The notes beneath the pieces are model-generated. The model worked only from the letters and a program-made list of their open reading frames with translations, ran no database searches and was not told the origin of the DNA. A program made the position numbers and the translations under genes. A stretch of 63,333 nucleotides of DNA, counting the filler, from Squatina squatina (Eukaryota), in NCBI GenBank assembly GCA_031763465.1. It is 4 parts of 3 records of this genome, joined end to end, with 100 filler letters (N's around TTAATTAATTAA, not from the genome) between each part and the next. Parts side by side here need not be neighbours in the genome. Positions count along the whole stretch, not along the records: positions 17,777 to 35,140 come from JARFOE010000057.1; positions 35,241 to 48,309 come from JARFOE010000057.1; 2 more parts are not named here. One strand, 5' to 3'. Numbering within the stretch: the first letter of the stretch is position 1; every line of letters starts with the position of its first letter. Positions 25,667 through 38,230 of the stretch are shown piece by piece.

Positions 25667-26270
25667 GTCTAATTCATACCCTACTGCTCTTTCTTACAGT
25701 TTACATGCTTAAGTCTTTACGCCATATACCAAACTCCTACTTAACTCGAGTATTAAATCTTATTTCATTCTTACATTGCAAGATAAAAAAACAAAGCCCT
25801 CACACCCAAAACCTCCAACATTTGCAGTAAACAGCAGGAAATATAAACTGAATTGACCAAAATAAACTGACACGTAAAAAAATTCAGCATATTTCAATTA
25901 TTTTAACCTTTTAATCACAGGGTAAGAAAGGACATCATAAAATGGAGAAAATGTTGAGTAACTTCCGTTTCAAAATAGTAAACACTGGCTACCCGAAGTA
26001 TTCAATATGTCTTCAATTTCACGAAAAGAATTCCTAATGTGAAAACAAAAAAATGGATTTTATGAAAGGTTATTCCATAGAAGAGTCCTTACCTACTATG
26101 CAAATATATAACTAGGTATCTGCATTTTCAGCATTAACAAGTTTAAACGCTTCCACATTTCACTCATATTTTGCTCCTAAAAGCTTTCCTACAAAGAATC
26201 ACATTTGTTGGTCATTTAAAGCGTGAAGGAGCTTAACTGAAGATAATGTTAATATTAAATGTACCTGTTT

Positions 26271-26373
26271 TTACAGTCTGCCAGTCTTGTTAATGAAAAC
26301 GGTCCGCATTTCTTTACTTGGTGAAGTCAGTTTACTATCTTTCAAAAGGCCCAGTATTGGATAGTCAAGGTAC
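26271..26373 (-). CDS. POF1B: POF1B C-terminal coding exon
   Basis: ACATAG acceptor; YLDYPILGLLKDSKLTSPSKEMRTVFINKTGRL* aligns with recalled human YRTQYPILGLLYDDYEYIPPGSETQTIVIEKTE; expected position between ZNF711 and CHM. Confidence 0.75.
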
Positions 26374-26681
26374 CTATGTTTTTTAAAAAAAAACGTAAAA
26401 TTATCCGTGAAGAGCCGGAGATTGCAAATTACATCTCAAATGAAACAAACAATAAGGAATTGGGANNNNNNNNNNNNNNNNNNNNNNNNNNNNNNNNNNN
26501 NNNNNNNNNNNNNNNNNNNNNNNNNNNNNNNNNNNNNNNNNNNNNNNNNNNNNNNNNNNNNNNNNAAATAACGTGTCTCCCTTTTTCAATCTAATCCAGA
26601 GTTTACTTCCGCAAAAGATAAACTTATCCTCACTTTTCACTGACAGTTCTATAACTGTTGCCACAGCTATATCAGTTTTAC

Positions 26682-26762
26682 CTGCAAGAGATAGCGCAAG
26701 TGTTGTTTTGTCAATTCAGATAGCCCTTTTGGTATCAAATTTTCAACATTTTCATTGGTTGC
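26682..26762 (-). CDS. POF1B: POF1B internal exon
   Basis: 81 bp, TTTTCCAG acceptor and GTAAAA donor; ATNENVENLIPKGLSELTKQHLRYLLQ versus recalled human SEDIESLIPKGLSEFTKQQIRYILQ. Confidence 0.85.
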
Positions 26763-28296
26763 CTGGAAAATAAACACATTCTCTTTAGGGCTTGATATAC
26801 TTTGAAAACACATTTACAATCTAACTAGTCAAAAAGATCTCTGCAAAAGCTCTGCTTGAAAATATCTGACCATTAACTTTTATTTTATTCATTCACAGGA
26901 TGTGGGCGTCACTGCTAAGGTCAGCATTTATTGCCCATCCCTAATTGCCCTCGAGAAAGTGACTTAATTATTCTGCATCTAAAATTCTTATAAGTGAATA
27001 TTTTGGAAACTGGTGGTACTGTGAAGAGAATATGAAAAACAAAAATCATGACTCCATCAGATCTCTTCCTTGCTTCTCCTGGACCCACCCCCAGTTAAGG
27101 TACCGCTCGTCTCTTTAGCCTAAGATGGGCCACAGTTTCCTTCCTAGTAGGAGGCATAAATCAACATAGAAATTGAAGTAGAGTTCTTTTAAACCAAGTT
27201 TTATTCTGCATATCCACTACTTTATCCATCTGTTTAGTGCTTCAGCGTCCTAGATACACAGGGCCAGCACTAGTATTCTCCATTCCAACCTGTTAGTGGC
27301 TTGCTGCTACACCTTCTCCCAGGTGTTGTCAGCTTCCAGGAGATGCTTCTCTACGTGCTTTGCCAGGTTTCTCGTGGCCTTCTACATTTACCTTCCATTA
27401 CTCAGTTGAAAAAGTATTTCATCTCAAGTCTTCTCTGAAGTTTGTTAATTTCATACTTCTGCCACCTCGAGTTGAGTTTACAATCTAAGTCAAATCATTC
27501 TCATTATTAGTAATTATTTCTGTTCTCTAATAAAGGTTAGTTCTGTACATTTCATCTCAGTTTTTTTGAACTTCACGTCCCACAATCATCCATTCCACTT
27601 TTCTTTGAACCCACTCCAGTGCATGGGAGTAGAGATTACTCACCAGCCCAAGTCCATTAAAGTCAATGGGTGGAAAATCATAGACTACCAAGTGCAGAGG
27701 TGGAACATCTACTCCCTGGTGTTCTAGATTCCAGTCTCACCCTCCCAGCACCTCTCTGCTCATTTCCTTTCATTGAGCAATGGTGGGGGAGGTGGTGAGC
27801 CACAAATCGCTGAGTCAGCAATCAGGAAGGCTAGTAACTAAAAGTTTTAAAAAAGACGTATTTTAAATGTGAATTTTAAGAATATATATTTACAAATGGA
27901 AAACATCTTGGACGGCCATTGTAGGTCTTCAATCACAAAGTGATTTTTTTTTTTAAACTCAGACTCCTTCCATCATCCTGCTTCAACTATTTATAATTCC
28001 CGTTCTCACATGGGCATGCTCAGCTACTTTCAGTGGAGATCCCTCAAACAGATCATCTTCTCAAGAGTACTCACAGTTTAAATAATAAAACATAAATATA
28101 ATAAGACCATAAGAAATAGGAACAGGAGTAGGCCATTCGGCACCTTGAGCCTGCTCCACCATTCAGTAAGATCATGGCTGATCCAACTTTCGTCANNNNN
28201 NNNNNNNNNNNNNNNNNNNNNNNNNNNNNNNNNNNNNNNNNNNNNNNNNNNNNNNNNNNNNNNNNNNNNNNNNNNNNNNNNNNNNNNNNNNNNNNT

Positions 28297-28671
28297 CGGG
28301 GGTGGGTGGGGGGATCTGAACGCAGGGTGGGTGGGCGAGATAGGGACGCTGGATCCAGGAGCTAAGTGAAAAGGCACTTACCTTCTGGATCCAATAGTCC
28401 TCACCTTCCCTTAGCTGGCGAGTTCCCCGAGGCCCAGGAAAGCCAACCAGCCAGAGTTAAATTTGTAGCGGTGGATCTTCATGAGGCACGCCAGCCTCAT
28501 TATAATATTTAAATGCCTGACCCACCTCCTGGGAGTGAGTTGGCTGCTCGCCCCCTGTTTCGCCTCCATTAAAACTGGAAGTGGGCGGGCTGGGGCTGGG
28601 ATTCAGTTTTTTAACTTTTTAAACTCAACCCGACCCGAACCTACCAGTTTTTTGGGGTTAAAATTGACCCC
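28297..28671 (+). mobile_element. Non-autonomous element, same family as 36391-36703
   Basis: Shares aaaggcactt..ctggatccaa.agtcctc.cctt..ttagctggcg, cattataatatttaaat, ggaagtgggcggg and terminus aaaattgacccc. Confidence 0.6.
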
Positions 28672-31600
28672 AAAAAAGGTGGGCAACAGCTGAAGCAGGT
28701 TGACAGGAAGGGTGACTGATGTCAGGAACCGGGACAGATCTAAGAGACAGCTAAATGCTGCAAAGAGAAGACAGTAGGTTTGCAATTTTGCAAGGATGAG
28801 ATCATCCCAGCCGATCAGGTAACATTCAGCAATGCAACCCACGGTGGANNNNNNNNNNCCACAGCATAGTAATTGGGTATGAAATTGAGATCTCAATAGG
28901 TACATATCTCTGTGAAATACCAACAAACCAGTTGGAGCATTAACAAGTTACAGTTTGAGAAAGCACATCCAAAATTATATGCCTGAATGTTGCAGAGGTA
29001 TTCCACTAAAGAAGAATTCTGGACCTTTCAGACTAATTCTGTATACAGCTGTAACAATCAGGAAGAATCCTGCACCGATTTTACCATAAGCTTTCAAGGA
29101 CTAAACCAGTTGGCAATTTACGTGCAAAATACGTGAATACTCATCAAATATATTAAATATCGGTTCCATTGTCACTGCTGTGCTGACAGACGGGAATTTA
29201 GTCAGAGTATTAGTAGATTATTAAATTAAAGCCACTAAAGAATGGAATTATTGAAACTAATCAACAATTAAAGTTAAATCATGATATCAGGACAAAAAAT
29301 GTGCTTCAACAAGAAATGGCATGAAACAAAAATAAAAAGGCCACTCCATCCACAGACCATGTACGAAGTGCTCCATCATGAGCATTCCCCCACCCATTTA
29401 ATCTCGAGGAAAATATTCCACAAAGCTTCCTGCCATCTCTCTAAAGCTGAATCAAGCAAACAATAGGATATATACCAAACCTTCCATACTACATTATACA
29501 TTCTAAACCAAATACTTTCTTTAGTACAACATTTCTGTGGTACCAGCCACTTGGGAACCAACATGTTCCACTAAGAACTGGGATCATCTTAACCTTGACT
29601 TTTCAGTTCAATCTTCATCCCAGTTGATAATTTTATTCCAGCGCTCTTTTTTTTTTTAAAGTGCTAACTGGCAAAACATGAGCTGCTTTTATCTGGGATC
29701 TATTTCACATATCTTCCACTCTGTGTGGAAACAGATCAATGTTGTTCTGAAGGTAAGGTGCTCAAAATTGCAGATAATATTTCAAATGCCCTTATCGTTA
29801 ATCCGTGCGAGTTCAGAATGATATATTTGATGTGCATCCGAATACAGTATTAGCTTGCCAAGAATGGCTTCATGCTGACTAGATATTTTCAACTAATGAT
29901 CATAATCATTCTGATCACTTTCTTCTTATATCCCATCTATGAAACTATGCCAATAACATATACTTCAGCGCAATTGCCCATACCTTGATGGGGCCTTGCA
30001 CTTGCNNNNNNNNNNNNNNNNNNNNNNNNNNNNNNNNNNNNNNNNNNNNNNNNNNNNNNNNNNNNNNNNNNNNNNNNNNNNNNNNNNNNNNNNNNNNNNN
30101 NNNNNAGTAACTCTGAAAACTTACACATAGCAATATATCTCAGGGTTGTCATTTAAAATATGAATAACTGCCAAAAAAAACCTGTGGAAAAAAGCTAACT
30201 GTGAAGCTCTTGGTCTACTCGTATATATTATATATTTCATAATCGGGCACCGAATTTGAAAACTGCATCAGAGCATTGATTCGATAGTGTGTTTGGACAG
30301 TGCTTCCCACTGTCCTGTTTCCTGTTGACAAGACTGTTTCTGTTGGAAAACAATGGGTTTGAGCCAAAGGAGAATTGATTTGAGACATGGAAGCTTGCTG
30401 GCTTTCAATGTATTCAACATTCTTTCCATTTAAAGCATTTTGTGGTTTCTCATTTTTTAAAATCCTGATCATGGGTGTGGACTGTGCTCTTGAAACAGCC
30501 TACTCCAAGGCAGTCTCAGTGTTAAATTTGTTTGGAAGCATTTGATTCAACAAAAGATATATTATTTATGTAAATAGAATACAGTAGGCTTTTGCAGCTG
30601 ATGTTGACCTTCATCCAGAAGGCTTGAAGTGGGAGCTTCATAGCTACACATCAATCAAATTCATTTACCTCAGTAAATCCAGTCAGTTCTTGGTCAAGTT
30701 GCAGGTTTATGTCTCACATGGGAGCAAGGTCCTCTGTCTGAGAGAGATGTAAAGCTGANNNNNNNNNNGCGGCTAATTTAAAATTATTCCTTACTAACAG
30801 ATCATGGAATGATGGGAGCTTTCAAGATATTCACATATAGTTGCCCATTCCATCTGCCGAGAACATCAATTTATTTATATTTTTCCCAAAAAAACTCATA
30901 AGCAAACTCACTTACAAAGAATCAAGTAAGCACCAAATCTCCATCTTTAATAAATTACAAGTTTTTGGACAAAGTTGCAGCCAAAACGGTGGCAAATTAG
31001 TCTGAAGAAGCGACAGACCTGCGTGTGAAAAATACTAAATTAAAAACAAAACGTTCAAAGCTAAAAATAGTGCATCATTTAAAGATTTTTGTTAAACTGT
31101 TCACGCTTTAGCTTTCCCGAAGTAATAAATTTAAAGGAACCTTACATTATCTTGTAAAGTAAATCATCAAACAGCAAACCAATTTTTTCTTGCTGAGTAT
31201 TCATGGAGTTGGCACAATTATAAATTTCTCGAGAAACTAAATGTAAGAATAGACAATAAGAAATTTAGAATAGTGAACCAGTTTATTTTTAAAGCATTTT
31301 CTAGTATTTGGAAAGTCATGAAAAAAGTTAAAACATTTATAAATACTGCAAGTAGGTAATGGACAGACAACACAAGACATTAATATAATGCATAGATCTC
31401 CATTAAAAACTGACATCATTTTTCAATATAGGTCAGAATTTTACACTATTTTACATATTAGTGCAATTGTTGCATATTTTGCTTGCACTATATTTGCAGG
31501 ACATATATAAATATATCTGTTGCCATTTTTAGATACATACCAGTATAGTTATGTAAAATGCTTTAGGATCAGGGTGTTGATAACTGGGGACAGGGAGGGG

Positions 31601-32849
31601 AAGGAGGTGGAGGGAAGGGGAAGGATGGTCCTGGATTTAAGGACTCAATGGCTATCCTATCTTGTTGGAGTGTGAACTTGAGCTAGGCCACTATTCTTGA
31701 GATTGTCACTCTTAACTTTTTTCTCATATCTACAATGCAGTTTATATCTGCTTCCAGAATGTGGGTTCAGAACTTTTTGCTATTTTTCGTAGCTTTAAGC
31801 AGAGACTAAACATTACTTACTTCAATTAATATATGCCCCATTGATGCTTAACCCCACATCTTTGTCCGGTTGGCTTTTTTGTTTATAGAGGGATTTTTGC
31901 AAAGCAGTATGATGCAATAGCAAACCTTTTTTGGAAAATTCTGCTTCCATTCGCCAAAGTAGGACAGATGTAAAACCAGATTTCCATGTCATCTCAGTCA
32001 GCAGCAATGTATCATGATCTGGTGACAAAAGGCCACGAAAGATCTTTCCATACCATTAATTCCTGTTCTCTTCATAAAAATGTCACTCAGAAATTTGTTT
32101 TTCCCACCCAGATAAAATGGTAAAAATATTGGAGGGATATTCACTAATATACACATACATTCTCCAATATACACTTACAATCACTAATATAAACATATGT
32201 AAGAATCGGGCCAAAATGTTGTATTTTAAAGTCATAAAACCGAGATCACGCAACAAGGGACAAAATGGTGGACATGGGTCAGGAATTTTAAAACACAGAC
32301 CACTAACCAGCAGGCACTGAAGTGGNNNNNNNNNNNNNNNNNNNNNNNNNNNNNNNNNNNNNNNNNNNNNNNNNNNNNNNNNNNNNNNNNNNNNNNNNNN
32401 NNNNNNNNNNNNNNNNNNNNNNNNNGTTATTCTCCTCCCTCCGCCCTCCCCTCACCACAACTCCGCCCTTGTACTTTCCTCATTTCACATACCCAAGAAA
32501 TGCAGCCTGTCCAGCCAGTGGTTGACTAAGAAGAGGGAGAGGAGAGTGAAGAGAACAAGTAGATGAAGAAGAAAGACTATCACTCAATTTGACACTCCCA
32601 GCCAGCATCTCCTCAAGGTCGACCAGCAAGGCCATTCAATGTCCCCCACTGAAAATCAGCAGCTTTCCGCCAGCCATACTGCAGCCACTGGGGGGTAGTG
32701 CTATGGGACATCAGTAGGATAAGCAAAGGCACACACAATACAGTCACTAAGGGAATGCATAAGGGTGATGAGTTGATTTCTGCTTCCTCCTATTCTGTGT
32801 CTTCCTCTTCCCTTTGCGAGCGGATTCTGCGAATGTAAAATGACGGCAT

Positions 32850-32957
32850 AAAATGCTGGAAATACTCAGCTAGTCAGGCAGCAGCTCGACCTGAGACATG
32901 AACTCTCATTTTTTCTCCATGGATGTTGTGTGACCTGCTGAGTATTCATAGCATTTT
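32850..32957. repeat. Fold-back element with about 34-bp inverted arms (common shark repeat, possibly Penelope-derived)
   Basis: aaaatgctggaaatactcagctagtca ... tgacctgctgagtattcatagcatttt; single arms also at 42262-42354, about 20950-21030 and about 56250-56340. Confidence 0.6.
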
Positions 32958-33145
32958 CTGCCTTTTCAAAGGCCTTCATTTACCACCTAATCCCTTGCAA
33001 GCATCCAGCAGCACACTGTACCCACTTAAAAAAAAATCTTTCACATCTATTGCAGCATGCCACCACTTCAATAACATCAAAAAGCCCAGTCAAAAATCTT
33101 GAGGGGACGCAATTGCTCTGTGTTCCGATTGGGGCCGGTAACCAT

Positions 33146-33785
33146 CTGGGGCCGGGATATTCTGTGCCTGGCGCAGAAGTCCCGTCCCGCCATGAAATTG
33201 TTCTTACTGCCACTCAAAGGAAGTGCAACGCAATCTTGCACGCTCCACTTCCTTTGGAGGTGGTTACTGGGACATTACTGGGGCGGTGAGGGAAGCGCTA
33301 CGCAGATGCACCGCATAGCACTGACGCACTTCAACACCCCTCCCCTTCGATTAAAGGCCTCCACTTGGCCACCAGGGCAGCGTGCGACCAGGCCAGCAGC
33401 CCGGCACCCAAGATGGAGTGCTGGGCTGCATGATGACCACACTAGGGCCACCATAGTTGGGCTGACCAGAGAGTCAACCGGCAAAAAGAAGGCAGCTGCG
33501 GCCCAGGGGGCTGGCGCTGGCGCCCTTCCCGATAAGCACCGCCCCGAGAGCAGATGTCAGCCAGCTCCGCAACCCGCAAACCTGACGTCGACATCTGCTC
33601 ACGCAATTTCCCCCGTTAAGGGGTTGTCGCGCACGGTGCTTTCATTGCCGGCTGCCATGGCAACGCCTCCACAAACTCCCGAGCAGTTTCCCAGGAGGCA
33701 GTAATGCCCCGTCCCTCGAGTGAAAAGTGTCTTGCGTGCCCTAGCGGTACTAACGGGGCTATAAAATGAGGCAATTTTGCCCCCA
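33146..33785. repeat. GC-rich element with imperfect gggg..att / aatt..cccc termini
   Basis: CpG-rich block bounded by ggggccgggatatt and aattttgcccc; 201-aa ORF is not protein-like. Confidence 0.35.
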
Positions 33786-34736
33786 TCATATTTTAATTTA
33801 AAAAAAATCTGTTGCAGGAATAGCAGCTAAACCACACAAGAAACCCTGTTCAAAGCACATAAATATAACACATGGCATGATTTTTTGCAACATTTTAATT
33901 ACTTTTGTTTACATAAGCATTAAACGAGGTGTATTTTCACAGGTTATTGCACAGTATATGTTTTTGATATTGGACACATTACTCATGGAAAATAGTACCT
34001 TGATCTGCAANNNNNNNNNNNNNNNNNNNNNNNNNNNNNNNNNNNNNNNNNNNNNNNNNNNNNNNNNNNNNNNNNNNNNNNNNNNNNNNNNNNNNNNNNN
34101 NNNNNNNNNNNNNNNNNNNNNNNNNNNNNNNNNNNNNNNNNNNNNNNNNNNNNNNNNNNNNNNNNNNNNNNNNNNNNNNNNNNNNNNNNNNNNNNNNNNN
34201 NNNNNNNNNNNNNNNNNNNNNNNNNNNNNNNNNNNNNNNNNNNNNNNNNNNNNNNNNNNNNNNNNNNNNNNNNNNNNNNNNNNNNNNNNNNNNNNNNNNN
34301 NNNNNNNNNNNNNNNNNNNNNNNNNNNNNNNNNNNNNNNNNNNNNNNNNNNNNNNNNNNNNNNNNNNNNNNNNNNNNNNNNNNNNNNNNNNNNNNNNNNN
34401 NNNNNNNNNNNNNNNNNNNNNNNNNNNNNNNNNNNNNNNNNNNNNNNNNNNNNNNNNNNGGAAGAGGAGAAAATAGTAGCAGCAGGTAGATGTCAGGAGT
34501 GCTTCACATAATACAACATTTGCTAAGATAACTGAAAGGTTGCCTGCTGATATAGGATACTCAATTATGTTTGAGCGTCAGTGTGTTAAGGCTGTCCTCT
34601 ATAATTCCACTGTACAATATACTAACAGTAATTTTCAGTTTGCTTCGATATAGTTTTGGGAAAATATCCATGGTAATTATTTTGATTTTTTTTAATATAT
34701 TATTCTGCATCCTTTGGCATTTCTGTCCCATTAGTG

Positions 34737-35009
34737 CTACACTTCAGAGTTGGACATTTCTGATTCTCTATCCATTTCATTAACATCCAATGATTCACTG
34801 GCTTCTACCACTTCATTGTTAGCACCTCCTGCGGAATCAGCTTCTGTGTTTGTGTTTTCTTTTACTTCAGCTGCTTCTGACTCTGTAGGAGATCCAAAAC
34901 CAGCATTTTCTGGTTGCGCACCTTCACCATCATAGATAATATCTTCAGGGTTTGGGGCAGCAGGACAGAACTCTTCCCCAGGATAGAGTTGATGAAAGAT
35001 AGCTTCCGC
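34737..35009 (-). CDS. CHM: CHM (Rab escort protein 1) last coding exon
   Basis: TTTTTACTAG acceptor; AEAIFHQLYPGEEFCPAAPNPEDIIYDGEG...SNSEV* matches REP1 motif EDFCPPPPNPEDII plus acidic tail; absent from the ORF track. Confidence 0.92.
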   Translation of the reverse strand, partial: AEAIFHQLYPGEEFCPAAPNPEDIIYDGEGAQPENAGFGSPTESEAAEVKENTNTEADSAGGANNEVVEASESLDVNEMDRESEMSNSEV

Positions 35010-35184
35010 CTAGTAAAAAGAGACAGCAAGGCGGCGCTGTGAACCATTGATCTGAACACTAAACAAAACCATTAATCCCAAAGAAAACAACTTATAAATG
35101 GAGGTTAGCTCAGTAGGTAAATACAGTGCCCAGTGTGGGANNNNNNNNNNNNNNNNNNNNNNNNNNNNNNNNNNNNNNNNNNNN

Positions 35185-35196
35185 TTAATTAATTAA
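35185..35196. other. Artificial scaffold-joining linker TTAATTAATTAA
   Basis: Flanked by 44 N each side. Confidence 0.97.
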
Positions 35197-36390
35197 NNNN
35201 NNNNNNNNNNNNNNNNNNNNNNNNNNNNNNNNNNNNNNNNACCAGTTGGGCGGAATGGCCTGTTTCTGTGCTGTGCATTCTATATAATTCTATGCAATAA
35301 TAGCTCTATTTCTATAAAGAATTCTTACATATAACTTGCTCCTCTCGTTCTTTTGGTAACGATCTTAAAATTATGCCCTCTAATTACGAGCTCACCAACC
35401 AATCCTGCCTTGTTTCTCACACAATAAATAAGTCTACAACTCCACCTGCTTTTGTTTTTTAAGCTCTTTGAACAGTATGCTGTGCTTTCCCCCTTGATTT
35501 TTCTGCTCATTTCCCTTCTACATCCAAACTTTCCATTGCGGCTGTGTGTACATATCCAAGTATTTCGGGGGCGCGGTACATGTTACATACGTGTAAACTC
35601 TCTTCCAACTGTTAACTTTGTGCTGCCACTGTTTTCACATTGTCAAATGACTGCTCAATTTCAGCTCATCATTAACATGTTACCGAACTGAATGAGACTT
35701 TGTTTATATTACGCAGGTCTACTGAATCAACACAGACATGTAAAAATGGGAGAGCATCCACAGTAAGATTGAGATGCAGCCCTGCAAATATTGGCTCAGC
35801 AGCCATTTCTGTGCCACGGTAATGCCTCTGATTCTTAAATAATGTTTTTTAAGGCTGCTGCCTGCATCACAACCCAATCAGAACGCTTATTTCAATACAG
35901 TACACATTTATAAATGTATCTCCCGATTACATCGGATGTTTAATTTAAAAGCATTAACAGTAAACAGACGCAGTTCTCAGCTGTCCGGGTAATGATGTGT
36001 GAAAAGGGAATCTTGAGGGATCATTCATATGTAAAAAAAGGTATACCATTTGCTGCTCGGTACCATAGCAACTGACGTGCTTGCTTCAAATCGCAGTGAA
36101 ACAGGGATTGTACCTAGGTGCTGGATGACGGTTTATCAGCGTACAGTATTCATGATGAACCTGTGAATGCTCAATTAGATGAGACATTTCACTGTGGGGA
36201 AAACTGGTACTTCACCATTGCCACTTTTACAGCTTTCATGATTGCTACCAGGAGCAGAACATTGAACAAGGAACAGAAAAAGTACAAAAANNNNNNNNNN
36301 NNNNNNNNNNNNNNNNNNNNNNNNNNNNNNNNNNNNNNNNNNNNNNNNNNNNNNNNNNNNNNNNNNNNNNNNNNNNNNNNNNNNNNNNNN

Positions 36391-36703
36391 TGTAAAGGCA
36401 CTTGCTTCCTGGATCCAACAGTCCTCGCCTTACATTAGCTGGCGGGTTTCATGAGGTGTGCAATACTCAACCAGCTAAAGTTAAATACAAAATGGAGGTT
36501 AAAGAAGTGGCTTCCAGCCTTATTATAATATTTAAATAGATGACCCACCTCATGGCAGCAGGTTGACTGCCCGCTCCCGTCCCGTCCATGGTAAAGCCGG
36601 AAGTGGGCGGGTTGGAGGCGGTTTCAGGTCGGAAATCCGATTTTTAACACTTTTACTCCCCCCACGCTCCCAACCCACTCTTTTTTTAGGATGAAATTCC
36701 CCC
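36391..36703 (+). mobile_element. Non-autonomous element, same family as 28297-28671
   Basis: Colinear similarity with 28366-28671; ends gaaattccccc. Confidence 0.6.
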
Positions 36704-37987
36704 CTATGTACCCGCAGAAATAATCTCGTCACGCACTTTTGTTAACTGTCGAAACGGTTTTCTTTGGACTATGAAATCAAGTGGCATTGCTAATCCTTAA
36801 TGATGTGTCTCCTGATACAATTCTGTATGCCTCAATCTCTTATTGTTAATGCTCATTTTTACATTTGGTCTGTCTGCATTTTTTTTAGCCTTCATACGTA
36901 CATGATCCTGGTATAGAAGAATGTTTTGCCCTAGGAAACACAGTCTTAGACTGAAGCTCAGTGTCCTCCACTTAGATAGAAATGGTGAGCAATAGATGAG
37001 GAAAGAAACNNNNNNNNNNNNNNNNNNNNNNNNNNNNNNNNNNNNNNNNNNNNNNNNNNNNNNNNNNNNNNNNNNNNNNNNNNNNNNNNNNNNNNNNNNN
37101 NNNNNNNNNGTGGGAAAGAAAAATGAGGGAAAGCAACAAAAACTTTAAACGAAAGAAGACTGGAATTGCTAATTCCGAAAAGGGTTAATTTCACTCGGTT
37201 CATATTGAAATCCCAGCTGACAGCTGTTTGCCTTCATAATTTAACATTTGTTTGGGCTGTGAAGTCAGGTCACCTCTGTAATGACTAACAGACTTTTCCT
37301 AATTGATACCCATCCCATTAAATAGGCCTGAAGTCCACAAGTTCTGGAAATCCATTCCCTGGTTAGTAAAATGATTAACTAGATTTCTCCCATGGTATTT
37401 TCAGCTGCCAAGTTAAACACGATGGAAGAAATTTACCATCCAGGATTTTGAAGCGATTATACGACAGAAAAAGGATATTTTGACAATAATGTGAATGCGC
37501 ATGACCAGCAAATTTAAATTGTGTATTAAATTTTTTTTTTTTAAAAGCATGTGGTAGTTGATTGTTAACTTCAGAATAATTCTATCTGAAGATATGCTTG
37601 TGGTTTGTCTGGCTGAGTTCAAGCCAGGCACAGATATGAAATGTGCGTTCTCAAGACTTAGGAAGAGATGCTGGTAANNNNNNNNNNNNNNNNNNNNNNN
37701 NNNNNNNNNNNNNNNNNNNNNNNNNNNNNNNNNNNNNNNNNNNNNNNNNNNNNNNNNNNNNNNNNNNNNNNNNNNNNTGAGCTGACCCATATGGAGAAAT
37801 AATCCTCTGTCTTCTATAAAGAGCTGCTCCCATCAATTTTTGTCTGAGGTGAGGCGTGTGATAGATTGCAAAGGCACAGTGAGCTGCAGCAATTACTTGA
37901 AAGTCTGGACGCATTTGCGTTTTTGGAGATTAGTGATATGCATGTGCATATTTCACCTGTAGAACCTGTGTAAATTCAACCCCTATC

Positions 37988-38230
37988 TAGGGTGACCAAG
38001 CATCCCGGTTTTCCCAGTCCCAGTTTTTGAGGAAGTGTCCCGGCACTTATCTCAAATTTGCTCAAATGTCCCGGTTTTCCTTGCCCACTAGACTGCACAT
38101 GCACAGTTCTGGTGAAAACCGTAATGCGCATGCACAGTCCCAGTGAAGATCACACTGCGCGGCAAAGAACTCACTGCGCATGCGCAGACTGATTGTCCGA
38201 GTTTGGGACTCTTCAGATCTGGTCACCCTG
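37988..38230 (+). mobile_element. Complete hAT (Blackjack/MER81-like) MITE with 8-bp TSD
   Basis: TIRs tagggtgacca / tggtcaccctg; flanks cccctatc (37980-37987) and gccctatc (38231-38238), 7/8 identical. Confidence 0.85.

Noticed and set aside
26632-26681. Alternative minus-strand exon KTDIAVATVIELSVK
   Set aside because: Phase does not fit the next POF1B exon; it is the intron start after the real 26682-26762 exon
33099-33704. 201-aa ORF
   Set aside because: Lies in a GC-rich interspersed repeat; low-information translation
33877-34476. 199-aa ORF and similar X-containing ORFs
   Set aside because: Length comes from N gaps
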